Shown here: in pieces, positions 1 through 13,849 of the stretch | Numbering within the stretch: the stretch's first letter is position 1 | How the letters are laid out: every line of letters begins with the position of its first letter | Source: the human T2T-CHM13v2.0 reference genome, Homo sapiens | Length of the DNA stretch: 64,000 nt | Assembly (NCBI RefSeq): GCF_009914755.1 | Contig: NC_060926.1 | Reading direction: 5' to 3' (one strand) | Translations under genes and position numbers: made by a program | Notes under the pieces: generated by a model | What the model saw: only the letters and a program-made list of their open reading frames with translations | Told to the model about the DNA's origin: nothing | The model's database searches: none

Positions 1-1104
1 CAGCTTTTTTCTTGTTTTAAAGACAACCTGAAATAGCTTTTTATGTAATGTAACATGATTACTGATGACTTATTTCTTAAGTTAATAGGAATGCACTCTC
101 CTGGCAGCTTCAAATTGCTGTCATATACAAATGTTTTTAGCTCTTTCCTTTCATGCCATTATGTTTATGCACCTTCAGCAGACTGTGGTACTTTGTGCTT
201 ATTTAGTTTTCTTAAGTGGCCCTTAATTAACAAATGGTTTGACATTTCTTCTGTAAAGTGAGATTTAAGCCAATATTTTTAATGAATTTATGCTTGAAAA
301 TAGCACTTCAGAGAGGAATATTGTAAAGCTGTTATTATTTAATACTATGATTGGTGATCTCTAAATAGACCTTTGATGTTACCAATGCATATTTTTATGA
401 TCAGAAAGCATAGTATTAGAAAACTCTAAGAAGCAGAGTAATTGGAATAAAAAAAGATGAGATAATGTGATGTTCAAAAGAGATCCTGTCTTGCTCAAAA
501 ACTGAATTAAAATGTTTTCTCTAAATAAATTAATACCAGCTATATTTGTAAGAAAGAGATTCATATAGTAAATAATTATTATATAGATCCTCCCTTTCTT
601 GCTTCGAGAAAAATAAGCAAACTACTGCATAGAAAAAGTTTTTTAGATGAGACCATCTTTTTGCCCTGTCAGAATCTTTTATAGTAGTTATACCAATCTT
701 TTATTACTCAGTAACAATAGGCTTCAGAAACAAATTAGTCCAATCTCCTGGTCCTTTAAACAGAGTGACTATTTATCTGAAATTTTAAGAATTGAAGCCT
801 AGAAAACAGCTGATTTTTGGAATTGTGGGAACAAAATATCTGGATGGTGGGGTGAATATTTCGATTCAATCACAGATCTTAGGGACCTGAGTGCCATGGA
901 TACTGGAGTGAAATTCAGAGATAAGGATGTGTTCAGTATTTTTCTTTCTATATTCAAGGTAAGCAAGCAATAAACAAATAAACAATGACAACCAGTACAC
1001 CATACAGTAATTCATCATCAATGAAGAACTGCAATGTTCACATGAGATTTATTTATTACACTAGTAAACCTGGTGACTAGCATTTAGGGTTATTATTTTA
1101 ATAG

Positions 1105-1130
1105 ATTAATTAATTAATTAATTAATTAAT
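1105..1130. repeat. (ATTA)n microsatellite, self-complementary
   Basis: attaattaattaattaattaattaat read directly. Confidence 0.9.
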
Positions 1131-3190
1131 CATTCCTTTAGTCAAAGTGTAGCAGTACCTCCCCTTTACCAGCAAACAAGTATTCATTTAGTTTGCTTTG
1201 TACTCTTTCTTCAAAAAGTCATCAAATAAAACATACAAAGTCCTTTACATTTGAAGATAGAGATGTAAACTTTATATAAAGTTTTATTACTATGATCATC
1301 AGGTTTTCTACAGATTTATGTGTCTGTGGTCTTGCTCACATTCTTAGTCTATCTGCATCCTAATTGGGTTCATATTATGCTCTACAGTAGGTATAACTAA
1401 AAGGGATGAGATTTGTTTTTAACTCAAGTAGTTGGGAAAAAAATGTCCTTGGTTTTTTTAACATTTCAAAATTTTACTGCTAAGTAACTTTTATAGTTGA
1501 CATTAATTAAGTCTTTTCCCCATTTTTTTCTGACTCATCAAAGACAATGCAGGTTTTGGCATGCTTCTCACTAGTGGTGATTTGTGTAGTCATTTATATA
1601 TGTACCTAAAGATTTTTTTGTACCTGTCTGAATTTTATGATTCAGAGTGTCCTTGAAGATGGTTCCTTAATTAAATAATGCTAATTTATGATTTTATAAC
1701 TTTAACTTATCCATAACTTTATCTACCATTTATTATGTACATATTTCATATGGTTAACTATTATAAAATGAAATAACAAAAGTCTTCGCAAACACATAGC
1801 TCCAGGTCTTTTCCTGAAAATTTTACCATTTGACAGTGTTTCCACAGCATTAAAAATCAGTTCACCATTTGCTGAACTATGTAACAGGAGACTACATTCA
1901 ACTAGGTACCCTTAAATGTACTTTCCACACCTACGTTACATGAAAGAGGAGAACTGCTATGCATCATTACTATGCTTATTATCTTTTCAAATCATTAGTC
2001 ATAGTAAAGGAATATTTATCAGAGTATAACCAGAATAATAATGTAATTTATTACTTAGGCTATAGATATCTAAGGAGCTATTCTTTAGTTTCATATATAT
2101 TTGTAAACCTAATTGTAATTCACAGAGAAATATCTGCAGTATGGTTTTGAAGTATGGTAATGGAAATGTTTACTTCTAAAACTGGATTCATTTTAGTATC
2201 TCAAAATTGGATTGTGTAATGGGTTTTTGAGTTCTGTTATTTCCTTACTTTCCTGCCACTTTAATGCATGAGCCCTAAATTGAGGATTGTATCTTTGTGT
2301 TTAAATGCTTTAAGATTGGTAATAATAGAAGTGGTTTGTATACACTTCTTAAAAAGAGAAAAACTTGTCATAGGTAGTATACTTACTTGACGTGCCTCCA
2401 TTGATTATTTTTTGTGAATATTCACATAAAATATGGTATGCACTTCATGTCTTGCATATTGATCAGATTAGCTTTATAGAAAACTGATATGCATAAAGTT
2501 TTAAGTTAGTCTTTAATATTCATCATAGAAGAGAAGCAATAAAATCCAAAGTTTGAAACTTTAAGAATATTTTGTTAGTCTATAAAATGCAAATTTTCAT
2601 ATTTTAAATATATCTAATTTTCTTTGTTTAAGTCCTCATATTTCTTGAACTCTTATCTTTTAAAGAGTTGTATTAATCCTTACATAGTTTTAAAACTTAT
2701 TACAGGACCAGTTAAATAAGATACCAGACAGATTATTTAATTAATTTTATTTAAGAGGCAAGATAAGTTACCATCATATAAACAGAGTCTGACGCTAAAT
2801 CTACAAATAAAGTAATATTTACATCATTATTAAATGTCAAGTGGAGAAGGCCTTTGTCAAAAAATATGCTTCTACCTGCCCTGATAGTCTCCAAAATTCA
2901 TCATGAAAAAGAGATACCCATTTAAAATAATTATAAAATCAAATATTTTACTTAATGCTATATAATGGTTGGTAATAATTCTATATGACTTTCTAGTACT
3001 TACCTTGTTTTTTGAATAAGTCTAATAAGCTAGAGCCATAAACTATATTAAACATAGAGGCATATCATGGATAACATTATAAAATGTTAAAATATTATTT
3101 CTGAAGTCTCACAGAAAGAAATTCACAAAACAGCAAGTTTTCCAGGTCTGATATTATATTTTAGCCTCTTTACAAGTTAATAAGTTATGC

Positions 3191-3598
3191 TGTTAGTATC
3201 ATAGATGCTGGAAGAAGACAAAAGGCTCCAAGTTCAGAGACAAATGATTATAAATATTCACAGCATAGGCAGTACCAGGTAAATGAGCATGTTTGTATCA
3301 GTTTGGTTCCCTGAAAGTCCCAAAGGGAGAAAGCAATATGGATTCAAATAAACACTGCATCTGCACTGAGTTTGTATTACAGCTGAAGAGTACTGAGCTT
3401 TGGGAATTCATCACTTTTATAGTTAGGAGGAAGCAAGCTTGCTCTTTGTCCCAGAGGGAGATGTTACCTTATTCCTCAAGGTTGCTCACTGGGAATTCAG
3501 ACCTGAGAAATGAACCAGGTAAAGAGTTGTCTGGGACTTGCATTCCAGGCACATACAGTAAGATATGCAGAAGCATGAAAGATCTATGAAGAAATATC
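3191..3598 (-). mobile_element. ERVL-class solo LTR, LTR40-like (probably LTR40c)
   Basis: Motifs 'aagcaagcttgctctttgtcc', 'cctcaaggttgctcactg', 'ctgagaaatgaaccaggtaaagag' and 'cttgcattccaggcaca' match my recollection of the LTR40 reverse strand. Confidence 0.6.
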
Positions 3599-3602
3599 TC
3601 AT

Positions 3603-3816
3603 TTTGGTCAACAATAAATTGCATATATAATGGTGGTCCCACGAAATTATAATATTGTATTTTTACTATACATTTTCTATGTTTAGATATGTTTGCAAAC
3701 ATAAATACTACCATAGTATTACAATTGTCTATGATATTCAGCACAGTAACATGCTATACAGTTGTGTAGCCTAGGAGTAATAGGCCATAGTTCAGTCATG
3801 AAGTGACACATGACTA
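3603..3816 (+). mobile_element. Tigger3a/MER7-type TcMar DNA transposon, internally deleted
   Basis: 'ggtggtcccacgaaattataatattgtatttttact...ttctatgtttagatatgttt...gtagcctaggagtaatagg' and terminal 'aagtgacacatgacta'. Confidence 0.8.
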
Positions 3817-4864
3817 TCATATATATGATAGTTTCAAGAAATCAACCACATACATTTAGTAAATAATTATAATTTTCTTCTATGTGGAGAGAGATCCTAC
3901 TATATGGACAATGTAAAACTAATTTGTCATCATGTCTTCACTGATCTATGCTCCCTAATGGGGTAACAAAAAGGGATGATGTTGATTCCTTCATTCTGGC
4001 AGTTGGTGAGGAATAATTTGCTAACCTTTTAAATATTGAACATTTTTACAGGTAGAACATTAACTAGGTTTTTCCCTATTTTTTTCCAAATGATCTTTTG
4101 AAATTGCTTTTACAATCAAATATAAGCTATACACACACAAATAATATTTATTGCTTTTTGTCAGCATATATTATTTTTAATTAGACAACCTCTGTATGCT
4201 TGATTATCTGCATTATTTACCAATTATGTCTTGGGATGTCTCCAAAAAAAAGTCCCAAGAAAAAAACCACTTTATGCCACTATTAAAATGCATTTTTAAC
4301 ACAATTTAAAAGTTGAATTCCAAGAATATTTGGAGGAGGCATCATTAACTCAAGAGCATATATTTCAAAGAGTCTATAGGTAGAAGACTAGCCAAGAATA
4401 TGTACAGAATATTTAACGTTTTAAAAATAACATGCATATTGTATTTAAACATTAAAAAGATTTAAAAATCAACATGACATTTATGATACAAAATAGGTAT
4501 TTGATATGTGAATTATTTCAGAACATAATATTGATCTAGATATATTAAAACCTTTGGTCAGTTCTAACCCAAAATTATGCCTTTGACTCACACAATTTTA
4601 GACCTAAAGGGAGTTATGAAAACACAGTTTATATTCACATATTATAAGAACAAACTAGAGTTGTTAAAATGGCTTATTTATGGTAAAGTAGTAAATTAGA
4701 AGCAAAACTGGAAACTGTTTTTTTTTAAATATTGCAGTCTGGACCTTTACCTGGGCATGACATTCGCTTGATTTGTAAAAAGATATCAAAATCTCAACTA
4801 GAAAGAACAGAGAAAATATTGATTCAATAAGATTAAGTTAATTGAAATAATTATACTGCTGATA

Positions 4865-5092
4865 ATATTGACAATTATTTATGAAGAGCTTACTATATGA
4901 TAAACAGTATTCTAAACAATTTGTATTTAAAACTGATTTAATTTGTACAACAATTAATGTACTTATTAGTCATGTGAGTAATGGGAAGCCAAACAGATTT
5001 AACTAATTTTTCCAAGAGTATCCATGCAATAAATGATTGAGTAACCATTTTATGCAAATAGCTTGACTTCAGAACAAGTATTCTCAACCATT
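4865..5092 (-). mobile_element. MIR SINE fragment
   Basis: 'ttatgaagagcttactatatg...attctaaac', degraded core, ending 'tgacttcagaac...ttctcaacca'. Confidence 0.6.
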
Positions 5093-6829
5093 AAAGCATG
5101 TGTTAATGGACAAGCTAAGACACAGGCAAAATGTCAGAAAATTAATTTTTCACTTTCTATGCATGTTGTGTTTTATCCACCCTAACACAAGAAGTGAAGA
5201 TGGACAGAAGTTGAGGCCTACAAATTTTTCCCTCTTTCAAAACTCCTAAACAGTGCAATTGTTCCTAGATCTGGTCACACGAATTAGGAGGGATGACTAT
5301 AGAAAAATATTGTCGTAGATCCAAAATAATATGCTCAAATTGCATCATCTGTCTTTGAAAGTCTAAAGAACATTATTAGGAACCATAATGTGATGGGAAA
5401 TAGGTAATCAGAAAGCTAGGATCATAAAATAGGATGATATTAATCCTAAATTAATTTATGTTTTGTTATGTATCCAAGCCTAGGTGTCTTCCAGCATTGG
5501 AAGACATTGTTATGTACTCCTGCCTGTGAAAAATACAGCTCATTTCTAGCATGTACTTTAAAATAATTTTTCTTCTCTAGATAAGCTCTTGTGCCTACTT
5601 TCCCCAATTCCTAACTGTGTTTATTGATCATAGAGCAGAGGCATGATGAAATGTTACTGAGAAATGATGCATCATTTTTAATGACCAGGTCAGGTGTGTC
5701 TTTGGACTTTTTCCCACCTCCAATGCCTGGCCCTTCTCCTTGGCCTCCATCAGTAACTCCCTTGTGTACATTATTTTGGAAAACACATCTAAATCATACC
5801 AAAGACATAAGATGCTTCTAATTTGGCCTTATGCTGACTTACGGTGCTGGCAGAGGAAAACCACTTACCCACTTTCTTTTAGTTGTGTAAAAAGGGATAA
5901 AAACTTAAGTTATTGAGTGTAATGATTAGTTAATGCCTCTCAAGCACTAAAGAAGTTCTAAAATGTACTGAATGATGGAAGAATAGAAATTTGTGGACAC
6001 AGCAGTTCAATTCTCCACCAGCACTTTAAGCAATAAATACAATATTACAGATCTCATTCCTTTCTAGCATTTGGCGTTCCCAGGAGATAATGCTTTACTT
6101 ACACAAAAGCTATTAAGACTAAGTCATGCATTTACACTTTTGTCAATAGTTTTATTGGAAGATTCTTTATACTATATTTGCATTTGGGGTATAGTAGAAG
6201 TTTTGATTTTGCTATAGAGTTATATAGTAATTACAGCTACATTATCTTTGTAGAACAGTGTTTTATGAGAAAAGATAGCAAAAATGATAAAAACTGCACA
6301 CTGTTATGAGATTGTCTCCTTTTATTATCATTGTAGAAGGGATGTGTAAAATTTCTAAAATACAATTTCTTTAAAATTTGTCCTACAAAACTTATATCAA
6401 TTGCTTAATATGTAAAGAAAGCATTTTTAATTCAGATCTGTTAGTTGAGTAGCAAGTGAATACTAGCCAATAGGGATGCAAGTTTATTACACACTAGAAC
6501 ATTGGATGCTTTATTTAAAAAGTATTATTCATTTGATTGCACTTAACACTTTTGGAATGTGGTCACTTTTAGATTGCTGAGAATAAAGTATTTTTATATT
6601 TTACCCTGAGGAGTTACAAACATTATGAGGTACACTGTATTGCAGCATATTCTGTAACTCATTGTGATGCGAAACTGCTGAATTTTTTAAAGGAAGTAAA
6701 TTACTTTTTAAATGCCACTTACTTTACATTCTTACTGATAGATAACACAGCATATATTGACTATTTTGGGTTAATTTCTTTTCTTATTTCACCAGTTGGT
6801 CTTAGACATTTTTTCCCCTTAATATGTTT

Positions 6830-8000
6830 CCTGAATTATCCTGGTTTTCACAGAGAATACATGGCAAAAATGGCTGTTAAGTTGTTTAAATCAAATGTTG
6901 CTCTTTCTTCATAGAATTATGCACTTTCTTTCTGTATGTATATGTTCTTTCTTTTGGTTTGTATACACCATAATCCCATTGAATAATTTTAATTACATAT
7001 TCACCTTTGCAGAATCTTCACCACTCAAAAGACATTCTATTAATCTAAAATGATTCATGTATGATAGTGATCTTAGAATTACTTAACACTTTATTAATGA
7101 TATACTTGCTAAGATTTTTCACACTATATTCTAAAAGAATGCATATGTAATTGCATTATGTCTTTTATGATTTTATCATCACATTTTGTGAAACCAAGAA
7201 CCACATATAGAAATTAACACAAAAGAGTATATTAAAGAAAATAAAGATCACCTGCAATAATAGTTCTTAAAATCTAATATTTTCATTTTGATATATGCTT
7301 CTGTTAAATTATATGTATCTGTATGTATATACAGATACAAGAAAAATACCTTATTATTAAATAAAAAGCATATGTTTTATATGCTTAATTTTCACTTGTT
7401 TTTTAATTTAAATATATGCCCTATATATGTATATCATAACAATAAATGTTATCATTTAAAAAATCTTTTAAAGACTGCTTATTTCATAATTGCTACACAT
7501 ATATGATAATGAGTTTAAGAAATCCATGATTTTAATTAAGGTTGTTTACTTTTTCTTATTATTAATTTTTTATCAGAATATACTTGTTTTGTATATATCT
7601 ACACACTGATTATTTTAGAATTAATTTGTAAGCGTAAAATTGATGTGTCAAATAATTTTCTCACTTGAAATTTGGTACATAGGACCGAAGCAATTTTAAA
7701 ATGTGTAGAAATCTCATACATGACCAATATGACCAATGCAGTATATTACCCATCTTGTAAGCAATTTCTAATATATTTTTCAATATATTCAGTTATCCTA
7801 CTAAAACATAATTGCCTGCTATTTTTTTCAATTACACTACCTTGATAAGCAATAAGAAATATCGTATTTTTATATTATTGGTTCTTGGAATTCCTCATTT
7901 GGTGACACTTTCGCAAGTTGTTTGTCCATTTCTCTATCGAGATGCTCATCATTTTCTTGTTATGCACATAAATTACCTGTTATGAAATTATTCTAAAGAA
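6830..8000 (-). mobile_element. Very old L1 (L1ME-like) fragments
   Basis: Patchy similarity to antisense L1 3' region, e.g. 'tttgtccatttctctatcgagatgctcatcattttcttg'; boundaries uncertain. Confidence 0.35.
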
Positions 8001-8249
8001 GAAATGAAATAATATACATAGATGACAAAGGACACCATATACTCATTAGAATGAAAGTAATCAGGTTTAGTCATGTTTGCTAATAAAGAATACTTCTGCA
8101 TTCCTCTCCAATCTATTTTACTCTCTCCATCTACAGAGATGAATAATTTTTAAAATTTAGTCCGTATTACCTCTACTATGATTTTAACATCTATTACATA
8201 TATAATATTACATATATGCATATATATTACATATATAGTATTTTCCAAG

Positions 8250-8652
8250 AATGTTCCCTCCTATAACAAGTACTGACTAAAGATTACTACTTTCAAACGT
8301 CAAAATTTTGTTTCTCACATTACAGCCCAATGTACATTGTTGAGGAACTCTGCTCAATAGGCAGGAACACAAGCTCCTTTTAGTTAATAGTTCTGCCATC
8401 TCTAAGGACACCAAAATCCTCCATCAATCCCTCTACATTGGACAGAGGCAAGAGAAAAAAACAACCGTGATAAGTCTCTTCATGGGCAGTGTTAATGACC
8501 AGTCTGGAAGTTGTGTACATCATTTTGGCCCACATTTAAATGTCAGAACTCAATTGTTTGATGCCACCTTGATGCAAAATGATTCAGAAAGGCTAAGGTG
8601 CAGGCAAAAAGACAAAAAAAGGATTTGGTGAATATTAAGCTAGTTTCTCACA
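8250..8652 (-). mobile_element. Old MaLR LTR (MLT1K/L-like)
   Basis: 'ccagtctggaagttgtgtacatcattttggcccacatt...cagaactca', 'ggatttggtgaata', ends '...ctcaca'. Confidence 0.65.
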
Positions 8653-8900
8653 TTTACATTCACTATTAAACAAATTTGAACTGCATTTTTAAAAAGCAAT
8701 AAATGAATTGTGTCTTGCAGGAGACTTCTACTTTTGAACTAGGAACCTGGAGCACTATAGAGGCAAAAGATACAAGTAGGGAATGATTATTTTTAATGGA
8801 ATATGAAGAGAAAAAAAAATTTTTAACCAAATTTTCTCATCTCTTTAATTTTGCTCAGGATCAATTATTTCTCCATTTTGATACATTTCCATATTCTAAA

Positions 8901-8917
8901 TGTGTGTGTGTGTGTGT
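8901..8917 (+). repeat. (TG)8 microsatellite
   Basis: Read directly. Confidence 0.9.
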
Positions 8918-9099
8918 TTATTTCAGGGCAGATATTGAAAGAATGGCAAAAAGAAAGAGTCGAAGGCTCCTGCAGCACTAAGGTTATTGTTTTGTCTATT
9001 CTTACTGCTTTTGCCGGGTATTATGGACTTGCACTACTTAGGGCCCCTCCAGCTCTTCATGTACCCCTTATCATTAAGTTAGCTGCCGTCTTTCTCTGT

Positions 9100-9378
9100 T
9101 ACTTTCCTATCTAATGGCCTCATTACCTATTAAATTTCAGTTATGTTTTACTTACGTAAAGAAGCCTTTGACACCTCTGACTAGATAAAGCTTATTTGCT
9201 ATTCCCGTGGTACTTTAAAAATATTTCCTCATATTCAACACACTTCTGGTTATTGGTAAAAGAATGATTTATCCACTTACACATCTCATGAGGGCAAAGA
9301 CCATGTGAGTCCCTTTTATCACTATATCACTAATGACCACATAGTAGGCAGAACATTAATAAATATTCAATTGAATTA
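9100..9378 (+). mobile_element. L2 LINE 3' end
   Basis: 'catgagggcaaagaccatgt...cacatagtaggc...aataaatatt...tgaatt' is the typical L2 terminus. Confidence 0.65.
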
Positions 9379-9782
9379 AAATTCTATTAAAATTGATTGG
9401 ATTAAAACAGCTGTTATATGTAAACAAAAAATGCTGTGATGGTATTTTAAAATAAAGTTATAAACATATATTCTATAAGCCACTCATATAAAGAAAAATT
9501 GCTGTTCTTTCAGATCATACCTGCTAGCTGCTAATGATTATTTTTTAATCCTGTTCATGGAAAACGAGGATAAAGCAAATTATAGAAATAGGTAGAGAAT
9601 GAAAATGATAGAAATTTCATTTTCTATAGAAAATATAGAAAATTATTCTTCAGAATATTATTACAACTGAAAAGATAAGAGAATAAAGAGATATCGAAGA
9701 TAGGAATAAAAAAAGAAAAATAAAAATGAATTTTTTTGATTTTTCTTTTTTCTTGGATCCAATTCGTAAGGTGATCTACATG

Positions 9783-10500
9783 CAGCAGTGTGGACCTAGC
9801 TTTTACTAGCTCACAAAACCTGACAGTTTAATTTGCAGAAACATTGTGAGCAAGTTATTAAACACAGCCATTACAAAAATAAAATCACATAAATTTACAA
9901 TTAATGTTAAGGCTAAAAGAGATTTTACCTTAATTAATATAATTTGTAGAATTTAATAATAGTGGAATGACAAATCACATATCAGTTTAATGACAATGAA
10001 CTTATTAGGAGTATTAATTTATTGGGACGCATCTCCGCTGGTCAAATAACAGTTTTATTGCAACCATAGGTTGGTTATGGATATGGTTTGGCAAAATTTA
10101 ACAAAAAATTATTTTCACTCTGTGGAAAGAAAAATTTTTAATCAAAAAAATAAAATGAACAATATCTGATACGTATAACACGGTGTATCTGCTAATATGC
10201 ATGACTTATGTAATCAATTTATGACTTTGTTAACAGCTGCAATTACAAGTTTGTAAATCATATAAGCAGTGCATATTAACAGAGATGGAATATGGGAGCT
10301 TCTTATTAGCAATTTGTATGTTCACCTATGCATTTGTTTTGAAGAATATAGACAAATATTGAATGGCACTGCATTTCACATTAGTGGGAAAATTACTAGC
10401 AAAATATAATAACAATTAAAATGAAGTCTGCCAGAAAAGTATTAAAATATTGAATAAATTATTGAATTGCAGAATGCTTGATTATAAGCATAAGACCTTA
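9783..10500 (+). mobile_element. MER63-family hAT-Blackjack DNA transposon
   Basis: 'tgtgagcaagttattaaacacagccattacaaaaataaaatcacataaatttacaatta' and 'tattgcaaccataggttgg'; right boundary uncertain. Confidence 0.6.
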
Positions 10501-10539
10501 AACAATATTGAGTTTATATTAAATAAAACATAAGGATTC

Positions 10540-12490
10540 TTTTAGTAGCTTCTCTTAAAACATGTTAAGGGTATTTCTTCAGGTGAAAATAAAATAAAAT
10601 AAGATGGACATTCAGATGTTCAGAAAGAAATGAAGAGCAGAAATAATGTTAAATATGTGGGCAAAATAAAACTGTTTTCATTTCTATAAAATATATATGA
10701 CTAAGAATAAAATGAATATTGTACTGTGAGAAATATACTGTACACATATTTAATACATACAAAAACTCTAGAATAAAAGATGACAAACAGATTAATAGGC
10801 CTATAGAATACAAAAGGTTTTAAACTTTACATAAACTGGAACAATATTAACTATAGATTAGTTATAAAAAATCTAGAATGTTTACTTTAATCCCTAAATT
10901 AGCCATTAAAATATTAGTACAAGGATATATACAGCTGAATCCCAATAGTTAAAAATTTGATTCTAAAAACAACAGAGAAGAGTAGAAAATGAAAAACAAA
11001 GAAACACAAATTAGAGGAAATAAACAGAAAATAAACAACAAAATAATAGATCTAAATCCAAGCACGTCAAAAGTTATATTATGTGTTAATGAATTAAACA
11101 TGCAAATGAAACATCAAAAGACAGACATTTAGTAATTTTTTAAAAGGAAAGCAAAATATGGATCAATTCTGTCTAAAGAAAGGAACGTAAAATATACATA
11201 AAAAGAAAACTAGGCTGAAATTAAAGGGAATGCCAAACGTATACTATGCAAAGAGGAAGTATAAAAGCAGAATCTCATATATAATTATAATTTTAATTAC
11301 ATTTTGAATTCTAATTCAAAACAAAACAAACTGCCAGAGATAAATGTATTTTATAATTATAAAAGTTCAGTTTATCAGAAAGACATAATCATTTTTGGGT
11401 ACAAACAAATAGCAGATTTTAAAAATAAGCAAGGTATACTGAAAGGAAAATAGACCATTAAGTAAACATAGTGGCAGATTTTGACACTTCTCTATCAGTA
11501 ATTTATAGAACTGCCAAATAAAATTGTAAACACTTTAAAAATCTGACAAAGAATATTCAACCATCTTTACTGAACTTAAATATATGAAAAACTATTCAAC
11601 AAAAGCAAACATGACCTCTTTTCAAGTGTACATGATAACTTCAACAAAGTAGACCTCATGTAAAACAAGTCCAGTTAATTTAAAATAATTGCCACTATAA
11701 AGATTATAGTCTATATTTAAATAGAAGTTAATTAAAGATTAAAAAAAAGCTACCCATATTATCCTGAGTATTTGAGAATTAAGCAGCACACTAGTAAATA
11801 ACTCCAATAAAAATTATTGTAAAAGAAATAAGAAGATATTTCAGAATTCATGGAAAATAAAACAAAACATATCAAAAGGAACAACATAGCAAAAGCAGTA
11901 CATAGAAATTTGTAGCATTAAATGGAAAAAGAATTGTTTAAAATTAATGACCTTCTGTTCTGCCTTTAAAAAGAGATTTAAAAAAGAGCAAAGATATCAA
12001 GATACGTAGAATGGAACAGATAATAACAATAAAGGTAAGAGCATAAATTAATAAATTAGAAAACATAAAAGCAATAAAAAAATTAACAAAGTTGTACGTT
12101 GGTCCTTTGAAGAAGTGAACAAATATATTTCTTTAAAATTCTAGTTAAAAATTATCATTAAAAAAGAAGAAACAAATAATGTTGGTGTTTACCACTACAG
12201 GTCATATAAAAATGAAACACATGGTCAGGCTTTATTATGAGTAACTTCAGGCCAACAAGTTAGACCATGTAGATGAAACAGGCAATTCCTTAAAATGTAA
12301 ACTTACCAGAGCTGGAATAACATAAGATAGAAAATGTGAATAACCTTATCTTTACTGAAGACAAAATATGCTGTCAAATACATTTGCACAAAGAAAAATA
12401 CAAGACTGTTTTTACTAATGCATTCTAGTATTTATAAAATAAAGGACACCAACCTTTCAAAAACTTGTTCAGACAATAGAGGAAAGTATC
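10540..12490 (+). mobile_element. Old L1M fragment (ORF1 3' end, inter-ORF, ORF2 endonuclease to pre-RT)
   Basis: A-rich strand with degraded ORF2 landmarks ('gcagattttgacacttctctatcagta', 'gtagacctcatgtaaaacaagtc', 'gccaacaagttagaccatgtagatgaaa'). Confidence 0.75.
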
Positions 12491-13007
12491 CTGTCTCTAT
12501 TGTCCCCATTAGCCAAATTAATTTAAAAAATTCCAGCTATATACTGTCTACAAGAAACTTACTTTAGATACAAAACCACAAATACATAGAAAGTGAAAGT
12601 GAAAAGATATTCTACACAAGTGTTGACCTAAAGTAAGCTGGGACAGATATACTAATATAAAACCAAATTTACTTTAAGTCAAAATTTGTTATAAAACACG
12701 AAGAAGGATATTATGTATTGACAAAAAAAGTTAATCCATGAAGAATATGTAAACATTATAAACATTTACATATTTATGAATAGAGCCACACAATATATGA
12801 ATCAAAGATTGACAGAATTTAAGGGAGAGAAAAGGCCATTGTAAAATAATGGTTGGAGACTTCAGTATCCTACTTTCAATAATGGACAGAATAACTACAC
12901 TGAAGATCAAGAACAAAATACTGAATTTGAACAACACTGTAAATCAACTAGTCTACCAGACATATATTTAAGACATAACACTCTATACCCAACAGCAGTA
13001 TGTACTA

Positions 13008-13285
13008 AATTGACTGGGATAAGGGGTATCCAAATAGCTTGTAAAACGTTAGTTTTTAGTGTGTCAGTTAGGATGTTCCCAAAAGAAATTTGCATTTAAA
13101 ACAGTAGACTGAGTAAAGAAAATGGCTCTCACAATGTTCGTAGGCATCATCTGATCCATTGCAGGTCCACATAGAACAAAAAGACAGAGAAAGATCAAAT
13201 TATCTTTCTCCTTAAGCGGGGACATCCATCTTCTCTTGCCCTCAGACATTGGGGCCCTGGTTCTGCAGGACTCCAGAACTCATAT
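13008..13285 (+). mobile_element. MLT2 (HERV-L) LTR fragment
   Basis: 'agtagactgagtaaaga...ctctcacaatg...ggcatcatctgatccattg', 'gggacatccatcttctcttgccctcagacatt'. Confidence 0.8.
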
Positions 13286-13482
13286 CAAGAAGGAACACTC
13301 CAAAAAACTCACAAATGTAGAAATTAAACAACACATTTTATAACAACCAATGTGTTAAAGCAGAATTCAAAAAGGAGATTAGAAATTTCTATGAAATGAT
13401 CAAAAACAAGAACACACACCAAATCTTATTGGATGTAGAGAAAATAGTGCTTAAAGAGAAATTAATAGCTGTCAATACTTCC

Positions 13483-13849
13483 TTCAGAATGTAAATTTCC
13501 CCCACATGAGACAGCTTTGCCGAGTCATTTCAAAATATGTCAAAGAAATATATTTTGGGATAAAATAATTTGATTTTTATTCAGGGCCTGCTATCTGTCA
13601 TGTGATGCTGTACCAGAGTCAGGTTGAAATTGAGTATCCCATTACTACAAAGAGTCTCTGTTTTAATGTTAGTGCTGCTGTGTTGTGTCTAAACATCCAA
13701 GGGACGTGGGTATAATGAGACATGTCTGACACAACCCCCTTCCTGTCATGGCCTTAACTAGTTTTTCAGTTTTGGGGGGAGATTTTCTTGGCCAAGAATG
13801 GGGTTCATTCAGTCAATCAGGGAGCTTAGAATGGTGTTTTTGATTTATA
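13483..13849 (-). mobile_element. MER4-family ERV1 LTR, partial
   Basis: 'gagacagctttgc...catttcaaaatatgtcaaagaaatatattttggg', 'gggcctgctatctgtcatgtgatgct', 'cttggccaagaatggggttcattcagtc'. Confidence 0.8.

Noticed and set aside
5485-5506. 9-bp hairpin tgtcttcca-gcat-tggaagaca
   Set aside because: Too short for a miRNA precursor and expected by chance in 64 kb
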